Source: Anolis carolinensis
Taxonomy: Eukaryota
Length of the DNA stretch: 64,000 nucleotides
Assembly: GCF_035594765.1 (NCBI RefSeq)
Contig: NC_085846.1
Span: forward strand, 10,403,190-10,467,189
Direction: 5' to 3'
Under the pieces are notes generated by a model that worked only from the letters and a program-made list of their open reading frames with translations, searched no databases and had not been told where the DNA came from. This document shows positions 38,596-51,562 of this stretch, piece by piece (within the stretch, counting starts at the first letter, position 1; every line of letters begins with the position of its first letter). The translations under genes and the position numbers were made by a program.

Positions 38596-41500
38596 CCAAT
38601 TGGCATATGGATGTTACCAGGCCTGTAGCAAGAGGGGGGGGGGTTAGGGGTTCAAATTCCCCCCCCCCCCGGAATTTTCAAAACCCCTCCCCAAAAATTT
38701 TTCTGGCTACGGCCCTGAATGTTACTATAATACCATAATTTGGCTGCTATAATTAATATCTATACAATCTGATCTTCATGTTCATATTTTGGGTCCCATC
38801 CAATAGAACTGTTCCACTCTGTACAATTTATATCTTACCAGTCTGGTTTGAAATCTTCCCTTCTGGGCATGGAAGACAATCATAGCAGCAAAATGACTTC
38901 CCTTCCACTTTTATCTTACTGTAACCTGCATGGCAATTGTCACTACACAAAGAAAGAGGCCATTCCTGTCAATAAATGAAAGCGGTATGTTTTAAAATTG
39001 AGACACAAGATTTTGAGAGTTTGCATTTTCTACTTTGAGTCCAATAAAAAACAGATTTGTGCCTGAAATGCAGAAGATAATAGTCAAGAAATTTAAGTAT
39101 GTGCTACATTTATTTCTGAAGTTTTTCTGAATATGGAAGTATGTATGAGCAGTTGCAAGGTTGCAGAGAGCAGTTGCAAGATTCACTCCCCACACAAGGC
39201 ACACACTTATGGCTGCAAAGGCTGATCTGTCTATCACCATGCCCTCAATCCACCAATTCTGGGTGGATGTTTCACTTAAGCTACAAAAAGGCATCTATAT
39301 CTAGCTCTCGCATCAATAGACCTTACGATTTCATCAGACGGGTCTTCTGCAATGTCATAGGATGCTTTCCCCGTTGATTCACCGAGCCCTGCACCACCCA
39401 TCAGATGACGCAGGCTCATTTCCAGCAGGGCTCTCAGGCTCAACTGGGGTGCAAGTATCCTACAACACTGCGGCCAGAACACAGCAGGCTTCCCGTGTTC
39501 CATTGAAAACCACAGGACCAGTGCAATGAGAAGCCATGAGGTGACGCTTCCCCATGTATGATGGGGAACCATCACTGTTGGCAAGGCAGGGTGCCTGGAT
39601 TGCCCAGCTGCCCCACTAATTCGCCAGGACCTCCTCAATGTAATAACATCCTTAAAGTTGACCAAACACATTAAGAACATCTACTCTAAAAACCAACCTC
39701 TACATTCCCATCAATGTGACTAAATTAATCTACTGAACGTTCTGTGAAGCCTAAGTCAAAATGTATGAAAGAGGGAGGAAGAGAAGGAAGAAGGTATTGT
39801 TACCCTATCTGATAATACAATATTTCATGGTGGTGTGCAAATGAAATCAGGATAAGCAAGTTAAAACTATATAAATCAAGAAGGGCAATTCAAATGGACC
39901 AAAGCATATGCATGGGCATTTTGAAAACAATCTGGTTACTGAGTGAACAGTCACAAAGCCAGCATTGTTGCAAACTGGACCTCCAAGGAGAAGATATTTG
40001 ACAACTTGGCTGAGAAGGCCCTCTTGTATATACTCATACAAAACAGTGACTCCACTGGTGAGCCTTGTAAGAGGGCTCCGAAGGCCAAAAGTAAAACTTT
40101 ATTACAAATGGCTGCCTCAGTAGTTCTGCAGAGAAGCTTAAGCAGCGAGCCCTCATTAAAATGGCTGCTACTCTTCTGCTCCACCTCAAACACCCCAAAT
40201 GGTGAGTGAGCCACATAATGATCCCTACACACCCTAAAATGTGAGCAGCAAATACCTGATTAACCATGTTGGGCCAGGTGATGTCACCTGCAGAAATGCT
40301 TAGCATCGTATCTCGGGGAGCCTTGGGGTCTACTTTGCCAACTTTGACTTGAAGAAATGACTGGTTCGGGAATGTGACCCAGCTGATAATGTCAAAATTA
40401 GCTTCTATTTGTCCATTCTGATCAAAGGATATCTTTTCACTAGCACTGTTGTTAAATGAGACACTTCTTAGGAAGTGGTGGAGCTAAACGGAAGAGAAAA
40501 AAGGTAATTAATTTTATTATTATTCAAGTTAATTCAAAATTACAGAGATTCTAAAGCAAACCTATCACAGATGTATATAACTACGTTATTCCGTAGCATC
40601 TATTTGGCCACTGTGGAACTGAGATACTAAATCAGATAGGACATAAGTCCTTTATGATTTTTCTCATGACAAAAAAGGAGTGAAAACTCTATATCTACAT
40701 GGGAATGTTGTGGCAGACAGCATTTATATAACTCTCATTCTACATAGAGATATAATGCATTATCCTGCATTAATGCATTCAAGGCTTACCTGCCATGATT
40801 GTAAATCCAGAAGCACTCTTTTCCCTCCATCTGCCATTCCTCTGTGTTTCAGTTTGGATGAAACCATGGCTTGCAACGCATGTGCCACGGCATAGACAGC
40901 ATTGTAGACACTGTAGCTCTGGCCTGTCATGCTCATTTCAAAAACAGACCCAGGAAGGGTTTCCAGTCTCTCCTCCCCACTGCAGGTCTTACCATCTTCC
41001 TGATTTAATACAGTTTTAGGGAAAGAACATTCAAATACCAGTTCCCAAAAGATCCTAATGAAGCCATCTCCTTTTTCAGAAAGAGGATTTCTTGTCTGGA
41101 TAAATTCCCGGAATCCTGACACCTCCTTTGAGGGAACTGCAAAAGATATTGCACCATGGAGGAAGTCTATGTTCCAAATTCTTTGAAAGGGAAGGGATGC
41201 AAATTCCATCTCGGCTGTCAAAATCCAGATTGTCCCATTTCTCAATACTGAAATGTCGTAAAATTCTGAAAGCAAAGGAAGTGCTCTTAAAAATACCATG
41301 ATCTGATTTTGTCCATGTAAGAGGATAACATTAGCAGTGCTCTCCGTTATAATATTATATGTTTGAAACCACTCAGTTAGCATTTCATCAGCATTCGTGG
41401 AAAACTTTTCTTTGGGCAGTGCCTCTATGAAATCAAAACAGATACCTTCATGAGTAAACATGGGTACTATGCTCTGTATAAAACTCTCTCCGCTCTCATT

Positions 41501-43862
41501 ACTTAGATAAAATAGACCAATCCAGGTCCAGCTGAAATGTAAGAGCAACTGGAGAATGCCCATAGTTTGCTTGTCCTCATTTGGAAACATGTGTTGAAAA
41601 AAAGCCGCTTGCATGTTGTCGTTCAACACTGGAGAAGAACCATATATAAACTAGAGAAATAAAGAAACAAAGCAAATAAATATATTCCTAAAATACTTTT
41701 TGTGCCTATTTCATAGGTCCCAAACTGCAATTTTGACACTGTTGCCTCTGCCATAAACATTCTTGTATTCTATTCCATTTCATCAGTCCAGACTTCACAG
41801 AAACTTAGTTTTGGCTGAGCTAAACCAGTTAGTCAGAAAAATAATACTGGATTTCTTTATGTCTTTTTATATTAAACACATTTACACTCCCACCTCTTTG
41901 GGGAAAGATGTGAAACATTAGACATTTGTTTCTAAACATCTGATATTTATAATTCCCATTTGCATTGAGTATTAATATTAGTAATCTAAGTGAACACATA
42001 TGGTATACCTAGTTTCTATGTATATAATGCTTGCCATGTTTGAATGTATATCATGTTTAAAAACAGGAGACGGTCACAAAAATCATGCTTTCAGATTCAC
42101 TGCTTGATCAGAAATATGTATATCCTCATGTATGAGTCTAGAAATTATAGTCCAAACATCAATTTTAAAAAAAACAGAATCCTTGTTCAGAAGTACTATA
42201 CTCATGTATACATTTAGAAATTTTAGTCAAAAAATCAAACTAAAACTTGGGTCAACTTGTCCATGAGTCAGCATAAATTCTACTTATACCTTAACTCTTA
42301 TCAAAAACAGAATCATCCTATTCTCTGAGTAGATTGGGTAAAGACAAGAGCTTATTCCATTCTGGGAGAAACTAAAAGAAGCACCAATACCTTCTGCTCT
42401 TTCCATCATGGCACCAACTTATGTCTATATTATTCTTTGTGTGTATCTGGTGCCATCCACCATCCACTAAGCTAGGATCACATGTTCATCTGGCTAAAAT
42501 ATAATGTTTCTTTTGGTTAATTCATGTTTTTGCTGTAAGCATTTTGCATGGTTGCCTCTTTAGTTATTTCTATGCATGTTTCTAGATTGAACTGTACAGA
42601 TTGATCTAAAGGGAAAATAAAATATGAATAATTTGTTGGTTTCCTTTGTATTTCATGAGCATAACTTGCCTGTGGAATCTTGTAAATGGAAATAATTGTT
42701 GCCATAAACTGACAAATATGAGAGCTAGGTCCTGCAATGACAGATACTGCCTTGTCCTGGTAGTCACACTTGTAGTTAGGGATGAATCTACCATGTGTAG
42801 AGAGAAGCTCCATTGATGCAAGATAGGTCCAGCTTGCCATGAAATAGCTGTTGGAGACATAAATGCCCAGGCTGGTATTAGGTAAAATCCATGGATTTCC
42901 ATTTATCTCATTGATAGCAAATGCCATGGCCAGGATATGCTGGTAGTTCTGGGTAAACATTCTGCAAGGAAAGTAGAAATAGAAACCCATGCCACAGTGC
43001 TTCCATTTCAGAATCTGAAACCTGATACATTTATTTTTCTGTTTATATGTCATTCATTTGTTTAATTCTGATTGATACGTTCCCCCAATATAATCATTCC
43101 TAAATAAAAGTAATATAGAAAAAAAAATCAGCGTATCTTGTTAATAACATTGCACAAAATAGAGTACATAACTCAGGGAAACATGAATTATCACTTGCAG
43201 TTTCTCCTGAACTTAACATTTCACAGTAAACAGCATGTTATGAGTAACACATACATATTATTCCTTGCCTGGAAAATGCTTTGCTCTGTGTAAAAAAACC
43301 ACTTGTTAATTTTGCACAGAATATGCTCTTAGTTGCGAATATGCTTTGAACAACTGCAGCAAGAAGAGTATTGCTCAAATTGGGTATTACATCTTCCAAG
43401 AAGAAAATGAATCAAGAATTCCATCTCTAGTCATAATAACGACAAGAAAAACTATTACAACAAAAATCTCTACTACAACTACAATTACTACTACTATATG
43501 TCCAAGAAGTGGCTGAGTCCTTTCCTGTCAGTCTTTCTCAGTCCCAACAACGTTGCAGCCCATCAACCTAGCATGCCTATCTATATTATTGTATCTATCT
43601 AGCCTGAAACATGATTTATATAAGAATATTAAATATTAACTCACACGATATCATCAACCAGTTCTTCAGAGGGATGTCTTTTGAATGTTATCAGGTCGGA
43701 GAACATGTAGAGCTGAGAAATAATCCCACCAACGAGGAGATCTCCAGAATGATAATACTTGTACTTAATGGGAAGTGGCCTACCAATGACACATTTAGCA
43801 ACAGAAGTAAGGCTCACCGGTTTAGACAGTGCCACTAACACCAGGGCTATGAATGGTACCAT
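36841..43862 (-). CDS. V2R gene D, intact, 6 exons, 875 aa
   Basis: Exons 43862-43645 (218), 42961-42670 (292; GC donor CAG|GCAAGT), 41650-40790 (861), 40483-40256 (228), 38965-38839 (127), 37742-36841 (902). 2628 nt open. Confidence 0.9.
38284..38418. mobile_element. hAT MITE in D intron 5 (diverged counterpart at 53298-53408 in F)
   Basis: TIRs (t/c)agtggttctcaacct / aggttgagaactactg. Confidence 0.65.
38552..38594. repeat. (CA)~21 microsatellite
   Basis: Directly visible. The homologous site in F (~53541) has only ~5 units. Confidence 0.95.
38618..38717. mobile_element. 100-bp hAT MITE present in D and absent in F
   Basis: TIRs caggcctgtagc / gctacggccctg. TSD gatgttac/aatgttac. Empty site gatgttac in F near 53568. 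Confidence 0.8.
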
Positions 43863-44021
43863 CTTGTACTAAAATGCACTAGACATGAATGCACGCTTCC
43901 AACATGGCTATTAAAATGTTACAGGTAATGACAGCCTGGCAAGTACGCTATGCATTCATGTACAGGATCAGACTAAGGGATGTCTGCTAATCTCTAACCC
44001 AGCTCTTAACAACATGGAGAC

Positions 44022-44118
44022 TATTAATAGCATTCTTTGCCATTCTTTTGCCATGTTTGTTAGACTTCCTCAGGGATTTGAGAATGCGCAGAATCAATCA
44101 TGGTTATTTTGATAATTG
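44022..44118 (-). promoter_or_regulatory. Putative promoter module, gene D
   Basis: TATTAATA at 44022-44029, TTCCTCAGGGA at 44066-44076, GATAATTG at 44111-44118. Confidence 0.5.
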
Positions 44119-44819
44119 CAGGGCAGGTAAAGATGCATTGTTATTAATTCTCCATGTTATTTCAAAAGAAAGCATATGGCATTGAATCCATACGAAGTAA
44201 TACTTAGAATTGTCTCTCTAAAATAGCTGAGAATTATGTTTGTAATTGTTAATCTTTGTATCATTCATTTCCATGGGATTCATTTGGGAGTTCTCTGGGC
44301 TCATCTCTTGAAGGAAAGAATTGCTAGTCCCAACAAGAGTAAATAACACTGTTGTTTACTAAGGAAGTTCTTGTTGTTTCAGTTATTTCATTGTAGTTAG
44401 GACTGCTATTGACTTTATGCTGAAACAAATCTTTAGGGTTATTCCAGACCAGGTGCCTTCAATACACTGACCTCAATCGAGACATGAGATACTTGAATCC
44501 AACTTTAACATTTTACAGGGAATATTTGCGTTATTAAAAACTGTTTAATTGTTAAATCATCCTTTCTACTTGCAAGTAAATACTTATATGTTCTTCTCAA
44601 GTAAGAAATGGAAAGTCAGAATGCCCAAAACATCTTGTGGCCCACTGCATTTGCACAAAATTGAACATACAGTAGTGGGCATCATGGGTCCTGTCTGACC
44701 ATATTCTCAAGCTGCACACAATCCATCACACAATGTGCTGATGGTTTTCAGCACATTGTGCCCAGATCTAGAAGCAGCAGGAAGGGGAGATTATTTTTCT
44801 GTTTCCCAACAATGTGTTA

Positions 44820-46796
44820 GTTTCATGGATGGCACCTCATCAAATTCTGCACCATGGAAGACCATTCTCAAACCACTATGCATTCATTCTCACAATATAA
44901 GATGACAACGTTGGCAGTGCTTCTTGCAATAATCCCATGTATTTCATAATACTTCAACACGAGATTCTCAATGTTAGTGGAGAAAGACTCTCGAGGTAAT
45001 TCTTTTATAAAATCAAAGCAGATACCTTTCTGATGGAACATGGGAAGTATGTCATGTACAAATTTTTCACCACTGTATTTACCTATATAAACCACTCCAA
45101 CCCAAGTCCACTTAAAATTCAAGAGTAAATGGAGAATGCCCTCATTCTGATGGTACTCATTGGGGAACATCTGGTGGAGTGAAGCAGCTTGGGCATTATT
45201 ATTCATCACAAGAGCAGATCCATATATGATCTTCAGAAAGAAAAGCAAAAACAGAAATGGAATAATGGATTTCCATTATAAAATGCTCATATATTTATTT
45301 CACAGTGTACATGCGTTATTACCATAGACAAACAGTACCATTTCCACCCAGATATCAATAAATGTTGCATGGTCAGCCAAAGCAATATCCCTGGCCAAAT
45401 TCTTGAAGGAAATTGCACTTTCTCCCATTATTATACAATATGATTTTCAATCAAATATTTTATTTTCCAGTATTGGCTAGGGGACAAGATCTTTCCTTCC
45501 ATATATACAAATCCTTCAAGAACCCTTTGCTAAAGCCTTACAAACAAAATACAGTTTGAACATTCCTTATTCAGAATTCTAAACTCTGATATACCACAAA
45601 ATCTGAAATTGTCCCCATGAGTGGCTGAGATAGGGCCATCTTTGCTTCCTGGTGGTTCAGTGTACACAAGCTTTCTTTCATGCACAAAAGTATTTAAAGT
45701 ATTTCTTACCATTATCTTCAGATAATATAAGGTGTATATGAAACATAACTTAATGCCATGTTTAGATTTGTGTCCCATCTACAAGATATCTCATTATACA
45801 TTTAAATGCAAAAATGCATTTTCAAAATCCAAAATTCAAAACTCTTCTGGTTTCAAACATTACAGATAAGGGATACGCAATTCATAGATGCTTAAAACTG
45901 AAGAGCACACAATTTTCTTCACAAGAAACATGTTGCTGCCTCCCAACATATTCAAACATAAACATAACAATGCTGCATGAATTCCGCCAACCCATTCAAA
46001 CTAGAATTGTTTCACTTTTAGCTTCATATTTATATTGATTTATGCATAAATATAGATATCATCTTTATGCATTATATTCTAACTGAGCAAGAAGGAATTA
46101 TTGGTTTTCTGAGTCAGATATATTATTTTTCTGGGTTTTTTTTTTTTACCTTTCACCATACACTACCGGAGGCAACTCCACATTCTGCTTAATGATAGGA
46201 AAGAGCCTGGGAGACTCAATCAGATGTCAATTTGGCTCTGAACTTGATCTTGAAAAATTGAACAATTGAGACATAATTTCCCATTTTAAAAACCCAGAGG
46301 GTTTTCTTTTAGAGGAATAGAGGAACATCTCATGCATTGATTATTAAAACCCCAAACAAAGACCACTGCTTTATTGATATGCAGAATAACAGGTTTCCTG
46401 ATTATTTCAACTGGTTTCTATCTTGAAACCATACAAAAGTGATCTAAACAATAAAGATGGAGTAAAGGATTCTTGGAGTCCAAAGTTTCATGAGTGCGTC
46501 TTACCTGTGGGACCTTGTAAAGGTTCAAAATGCTTGCCACGTACTGACAGAACTGGGGGTTAGGACCCACGATAACAGAAATGGTGTTGTCCTTGTCATC
46601 ACACTTGTAATTTGGGATGAATCTGCCATGGGTGGAAAGAAGTTCCATCGAAGCTAGATAAATCCACCTTGCCATGAAATAGTTGTTGAAGACATGGATG
46701 CCCAGGGTGATATTAGGTAAGATGTGGGGATTTGCCTTGATCTCCTGCACAGCAAATGTCAAAGCCAGGATGTGCTGATAATTTTGACTAAAGAAC
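44820..46796 (-). pseudogene. V2R fragment E: exon 2 plus the 5' half of exon 3
   Basis: Exon 2 46796-46505 (292 bp, open, AG/GT intact: [19 protein letters not shown]...YKVPQ). Exon 3 starts at 45230 (IIYGSALVMNN...), has a 1-bp frameshift near 44870 and is truncated near 44820. No exon 1 or exons 4-6 found. Confidence 0.85.
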
Positions 46797-47254
46797 CTAT
46801 AAAGAGAATTAAATCATTAGTCACAAAGCATCTCTTTCAGAATATGAAATCTGCAACCGAATTAATATAGCCTGTGCTTGATATTGTAGAAAAATACTGA
46901 AGATGATAAAGACAATCAAGAAATGCATGTTGGGACCAAGACTTCTGTGAATAACAGCTGACTGGCAAGATGGATCTGAGAGCCACAAAACACAGAAACA
47001 GAACCTTATTCAAACACAGTTTCAAACACATATTGCTTTATTTGTATTGAAATTTAAATGATTATGCAACCTTTCTTTGTTTTGTTGCATTTAGGTACTA
47101 GACAAATGATTAACTAATCATTAAATGTAAGTTAAAATGAACAAGGGTAAAGCCAAAGATGGCATGACTGAGAGTAAGAAATGGAAATGTAACATCAATG
47201 AATGATAGTAGGAAAAAAGAGGAAATAATCAGGAATAGAGGGGGACACAGTATC

Positions 47255-48838
47255 TGTTATGCCACGAGGAGGCAGAATATCACCAGCTACCCAGTCTCTT
47301 TAAGATTCTAAAAGGGCGGAGCTTAGCCTTGGCTCCTGCCAGCCTGAAATGGCAGTTATTTTTGGTCAGTTAGATTTTGTCAGTTGGTGAGGCACTGAAG
47401 GAAGTGTAGGAAGCAAAAAGGATCACAGAAATGCACGTCACGTTGGAACTGTATTCAAATTAGATTAAAAAAACCATAGACTACAGCAATAGAGAAAGCC
47501 ATGTCAACATTGCATTGAAGTCATCTTAAAGATACAAAGAATCCAGTCATAACAAGACTTTATACTCTGTGGCAATATCTAGCCAGAACTGCATAGACTT
47601 AAAGATTTCTTTCCTCACAAGAGACTTCATAGTGGCAACAAGAGGAAAAGAGATCAATTCTGTCTATTAATAAAATATTTTGTTTCACCAAATACAGTCT
47701 CCAATCTGTCCTTCGTGCTATGGTTCCTTCCAGTTCATTTAGTTAAGCATGGAGGCAGAACAGTGAATTTCTTTTCCTTTAGCTTCCCAAGCAACAGTGA
47801 ATTTCTTTTCTTCAAGCTTCCTGAATAAAAGTGAATTTCTTTCCTTTGACCTTCCCAAGTAAAAGTGAATTTCTTTTCTTTTAACTTCCCAAGTAGAAGT
47901 AGATTTCTTTCTTTTGACCTTCCTGAGGAGAAGTGAAATCTATCTCAGAAGGAGAAGCAGTTCAGCAGTCATTTTGACTGTAGAGAGAGCACAGTCACTA
48001 GAGGGCGCCATTTTGAAGGAACCTGAGGGAAGCCTTTTCTGAGGAAAATGTGGCTTTCGGGGCCACAATAGTTATTTTTAAGTGTAAGTAAAAAGCTTTA
48101 AGTCTCAGTAAAAGGACTGAGAATTTTAAAAGTTAGTGATCACTTTATTTTAAGGGGCTATTAGTAACGGACAGCAACAGGACCTATAAAGACCTATAAT
48201 CCAAAGTATCGGAGAATAGGCTATTCAGTCCTTTCTGTCCAAAAGCAGTTCAGTCTAATATAAATAAAGTGACACAAATTTCAGAAGACTTAAAGATGTC
48301 TGCTTCTTCCTCACAAAAGGGCAGCAGAGTGACCGAACCAACATCAAAAATGATGGCCTTCTGGCTAAATAAGCTAGATTCTTTGAAACCTAAATATCAC
48401 AAGTCATGGCAGAGGATTTTAGATCTGAGTCAAGCAAGCTATTGCTTCAGGCAGCAGAAAGATATATTAGGTTGTAAGGAAAGATTACAACACCATTATT
48501 GTGAGTGGATAACATATTCAAATAACATGATCTCTTTTCTTGAGCTTATTAAAACATCAGAATCTTTAAGTAATAAGGAAGAAATGTTATTGGAAAGAGA
48601 GCAAAGAGACATACAATTTGATACCATCATGAATGATTTATCTAACAAAATATTAGGTCAGGCAGAAGAAGACCCTGTCTCCCTTATGGAAACCGTTGAT
48701 GAAGAACAAGTGCAACATATGTTTAGTAAAGACACAGATACAAAGTCAAACAGGTCTCTGTGTACATTAGCAGGCAAATCAAGATCGTCTCACACATCCC
48801 ATAGAACAGAAAGAATGAGGGGGACTTCTGTTCATAGT
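47255..48838 (+). mobile_element. Probable LTR retrotransposon 5' end (LTR-like TG..CA 47255-47762, tandem repeats, gag-like ORF 48269-48838)
   Basis: tgttat...aaca segment of ~508 bp with an internal aataaa, then a 34-bp repeat array and a 199-aa ORF with a Ser/Arg-rich stretch (KSRSSHTSHRT), cut by CR1. Family not identified. Confidence 0.45.
47763..47941. repeat. 34-bp minisatellite, ~5.3 copies
   Basis: Units start at 47763, 47797, 47831, 47865, 47899 and 47933. Consensus gtgaatttcttttc(c/t)tttnncttcccaagtaaaa. Confidence 0.9.
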
Positions 48839-49056
48839 GGTGAGCACCCTTTGGGTTCGTTCTCTTAGCCACATACACATCCACCTAACCGTAGTTTTGT
48901 CTAGCCCACATTTTACTAGTTTGTTTGCCAGAAGGTTGTGGGGGACTTTGTCGAAGGCCTTACTGAAATCCAGGTAGGCTACATCCACAGCGTTCCCTGT
49001 ATCAACCCAACTCGTAACTCTATCGAAAAAAGAGAAAAAAGAGATCAGATTAGTCT
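48839..49056 (-). mobile_element. CR1 reverse-transcriptase internal fragment
   Basis: DVAYLDFSKAFDKVPHNLLANKLVKCGLDKTTVRW...TQRV is a CR1 RT segment. Confidence 0.88.
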
Positions 49057-49517
49057 CTACCTAACTGTGAGCCTACAGAGATTCCAGCAGATTGGGGCAG
49101 GCATTGTTCCTTGTGGCTCAGTGCCTCAGCCTGCGTATCTTTGCCTTCATGGTCTACTCCACTTTGAGAAATTGCTATCCATTGAGGAAGTATGGGTTAG
49201 TTTACTTATGTGCTTTTTATTCCTGGTATTGTATACTTTGCTTCAAGAAGAGAGAGAGGGAAAGAGAGAGCAAGAGAGGGAAGAAGGGAGACTGGAATTA
49301 CAGTATGGAAAAATGATGCTGTTTTGCTTTGCTGTAGACTGGTCAACACACATTTTGTTGCCTCAAATGCGCTTCCTTGCCACAATAGCTGAATGGAACT
49401 AAGCACTGTCTATATCTGAACATTTTATATATGACTTGTTATTTATAAAGTACGTTTTCTTATTTAAAGACACATAAGAAAACATTGGGGTCATTTTTGG
49501 GGGGCTAGATCGGATTA

Positions 49518-49847
49518 GGAGCCTCTGGTGGCTCAGTGTGTTAAAGTGCTGAGCTGCTGAACTTGCAGACTGAAAGGTCACAGGTTTAAACCCGGGGAGC
49601 GGAGTGAGCGCCTGCTGTTAGCTCCAGCTTCTGCCAACCTAGCAGTTCGAAAACATGCAAATGTGAGTAGATCAATAGGTACTGCTCCGGCGGGAAGGTA
49701 ACGGCGCTCCATGCAGTCATGCCGGCCACATGACCTTGGAGATGTCTACGGACAACGCTGGCTTTTCGGCTTAGAAATGGAGATGAGCACCAACCCCCAG
49801 AGTCGGACACGACTAACGTCAGTGGAAACCTTTACCTTTACCTTTTT
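49518..49847 (+). mobile_element. Sauria SINE, full length
   Basis: tRNA-like head ggagcctctggtggctcagtgtgttaaag, (acctt)n tail, 12-bp TSD tagatcggatta (49506-49517 and 49848-49859). Confidence 0.9.
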
Positions 49848-51097
49848 TAGATCGGATTAATAGAGTTTCAATGCATTTCCATGGGGAAATTGCAGAATCA
49901 TCCAGTCGAACTCCCTGCCAAACAGGAAAAGCGCAATCTATTCTCCTGACAGTGAAGTATTCCCAATATTTGATCATTGGACATCACTAGCAGATCAGAC
50001 TTGAATCTTCATTGCAAGTTTTTTCCTTCCCTGCATCACTCTCTACAAACATCAAAGGCAGTTCAAACCATCAAAAATGCAGCACTGTTTCTGGTGATTG
50101 CTTGTGGGTCTCCATCTCCCTAGCATGGCTCTCTGTCTCCGCAGCATGTAGAAATGGACGTATTTCAAATCTGGGCAAAATTGATTTGATTCCATTGCAT
50201 GCATGTAGAAACCCCTCAAAATAGGTATCTGACCATGGAATAGGAAGTGGTGGACCCCCCCCCCCCAAAAAAAAAAAAATGAAATAAAGAGACTACACAA
50301 CATTTATGGGTTGAACTATGGGCAAGTTTTATTAAATGTTACCTAGTTAAACATCGTAGCTGTAGATATTTCCAAAGAGTGGTATGAACTTGGTGGAATT
50401 AAGCCAAGGTAATGGCCTTGCCCAGCCCACCCCTCGGTTAATTAGGGCAAAACACCTGGGTCCCCTGCTGAACTAACCCAGGCAACCTTTAAGGGAAATG
50501 TGATGAAGAAGTCTACCCCAAGGAATTATTGAGGTCAGACTCTCCCCATTCCTAGGCCATTTCTGTTCACCCTCACCTCGGATAATTGAACCACAGGTGA
50601 GGGTTTCCATTCATAGCCTACACCCAAAAACAGGTGCCTTGGGTGTACACCAAATTGTAAAATCCCTTGTTTTCTATTATGGCCTATTTAAGATAGCATC
50701 ATCTCAATTAGTCCTCAGTGAATATTATAGGGTAGGCAGAAAACCCCCCTAAAACATAGGGGGGAAATTCCTACCTGGCTCCAGGAGAAAGCCAATTAAT
50801 TATACTGTTAATGGGCGGGAGGGTGGGTCAGCCTCTAGATGCCGAATGAGTTTAATGGGGCAGACTGCTATCCATACAACTCCACACACACACAAACACA
50901 CACACACACAGAAACTTTCTATTTGTCTCTACTTTGGTGGAGGAGGCAAACCACTTCCCACCCCCAGCTTTGCGCAGGAGAGAAATTAATCCCCCCCCTC
51001 CAAGGTCTGACGAGAACCTGGATTTTATGAACACTAAAGCAATATGCATTTTATAAACACCTAAGTAATATGCATTGAATTGTGCATGAACATTTAC

Positions 51098-51210
51098 CTG
51101 GTTAAATTGCCTGGGCCACATTATAGCATTCTCATAAATGGTAAGCACTTTGTCTGAATGTAATTCCAATTAATAATTTCAAAAGCGACAGTCACCAAGT
51201 ATGGGTGAAG
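51098..51210 (-). pseudogene. Orphan V2R exon 4 (C'), internally deleted
   Basis: Starts LHPYLVTV like gene C exon 4. It is 113 bp instead of 228 because of two internal deletions, and both splice sites are kept. It lies within 49898-51494, a diverged copy of gene C 27751-29460. Confidence 0.85.
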
Positions 51211-51494
51211 CTGAAAGAAAATGAATAAGGATACGCAAAAATGATTGAGGATATACTGTGAACATTCATTGGTGGTGATGTCTTTCAAAAGAGGACTATC
51301 TAATGCAACTATGGGAGATTTCACCCTTATAGGCCATCATCCAGTTTTATTTATAAAGCTTCTTCAGTCTTTTGATCAATCCAGAGTTTACTACATTGGC
51401 TGCTTAATCAACAGAAAATAATATTCTGGAGTGGCCCCAGTGCTGGCCATATATTTGTGCCCAACTCACAGCAATGGCAAGGCAGTTTATATGG

Positions 51495-51562
51495 TTGGGG
51501 GGGCCTGTAGTTTTGTTGTTTTGTTGGTCACCGTGATGCCATCACACATTTATATATATAGA
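51495..51562 (-). mobile_element. Helitron 5' end stub
   Basis: Minus strand A|TCTATATATATAAATG...ACAAAACAACAAAACTACA resembles the 5' end of the 24439-24929 Helitron. The empty A|T site is present in the D copy near 36540. Confidence 0.7.

Noticed and set aside
39276-39680. 134-aa ORF in D intron 4 with a 127-aa twin at 54202-54585 (also 39951-40232 and 58194-58529)
   Set aside because: Similarity is explained by the D/F duplication. No recognisable domain, stop positions differ, and it is probably a decayed repeat.
47763-47941. 34-bp periodic repeat as a CRISPR array
   Set aside because: Units are contiguous with no unique spacers, there are no cas genes, and the context is vertebrate.
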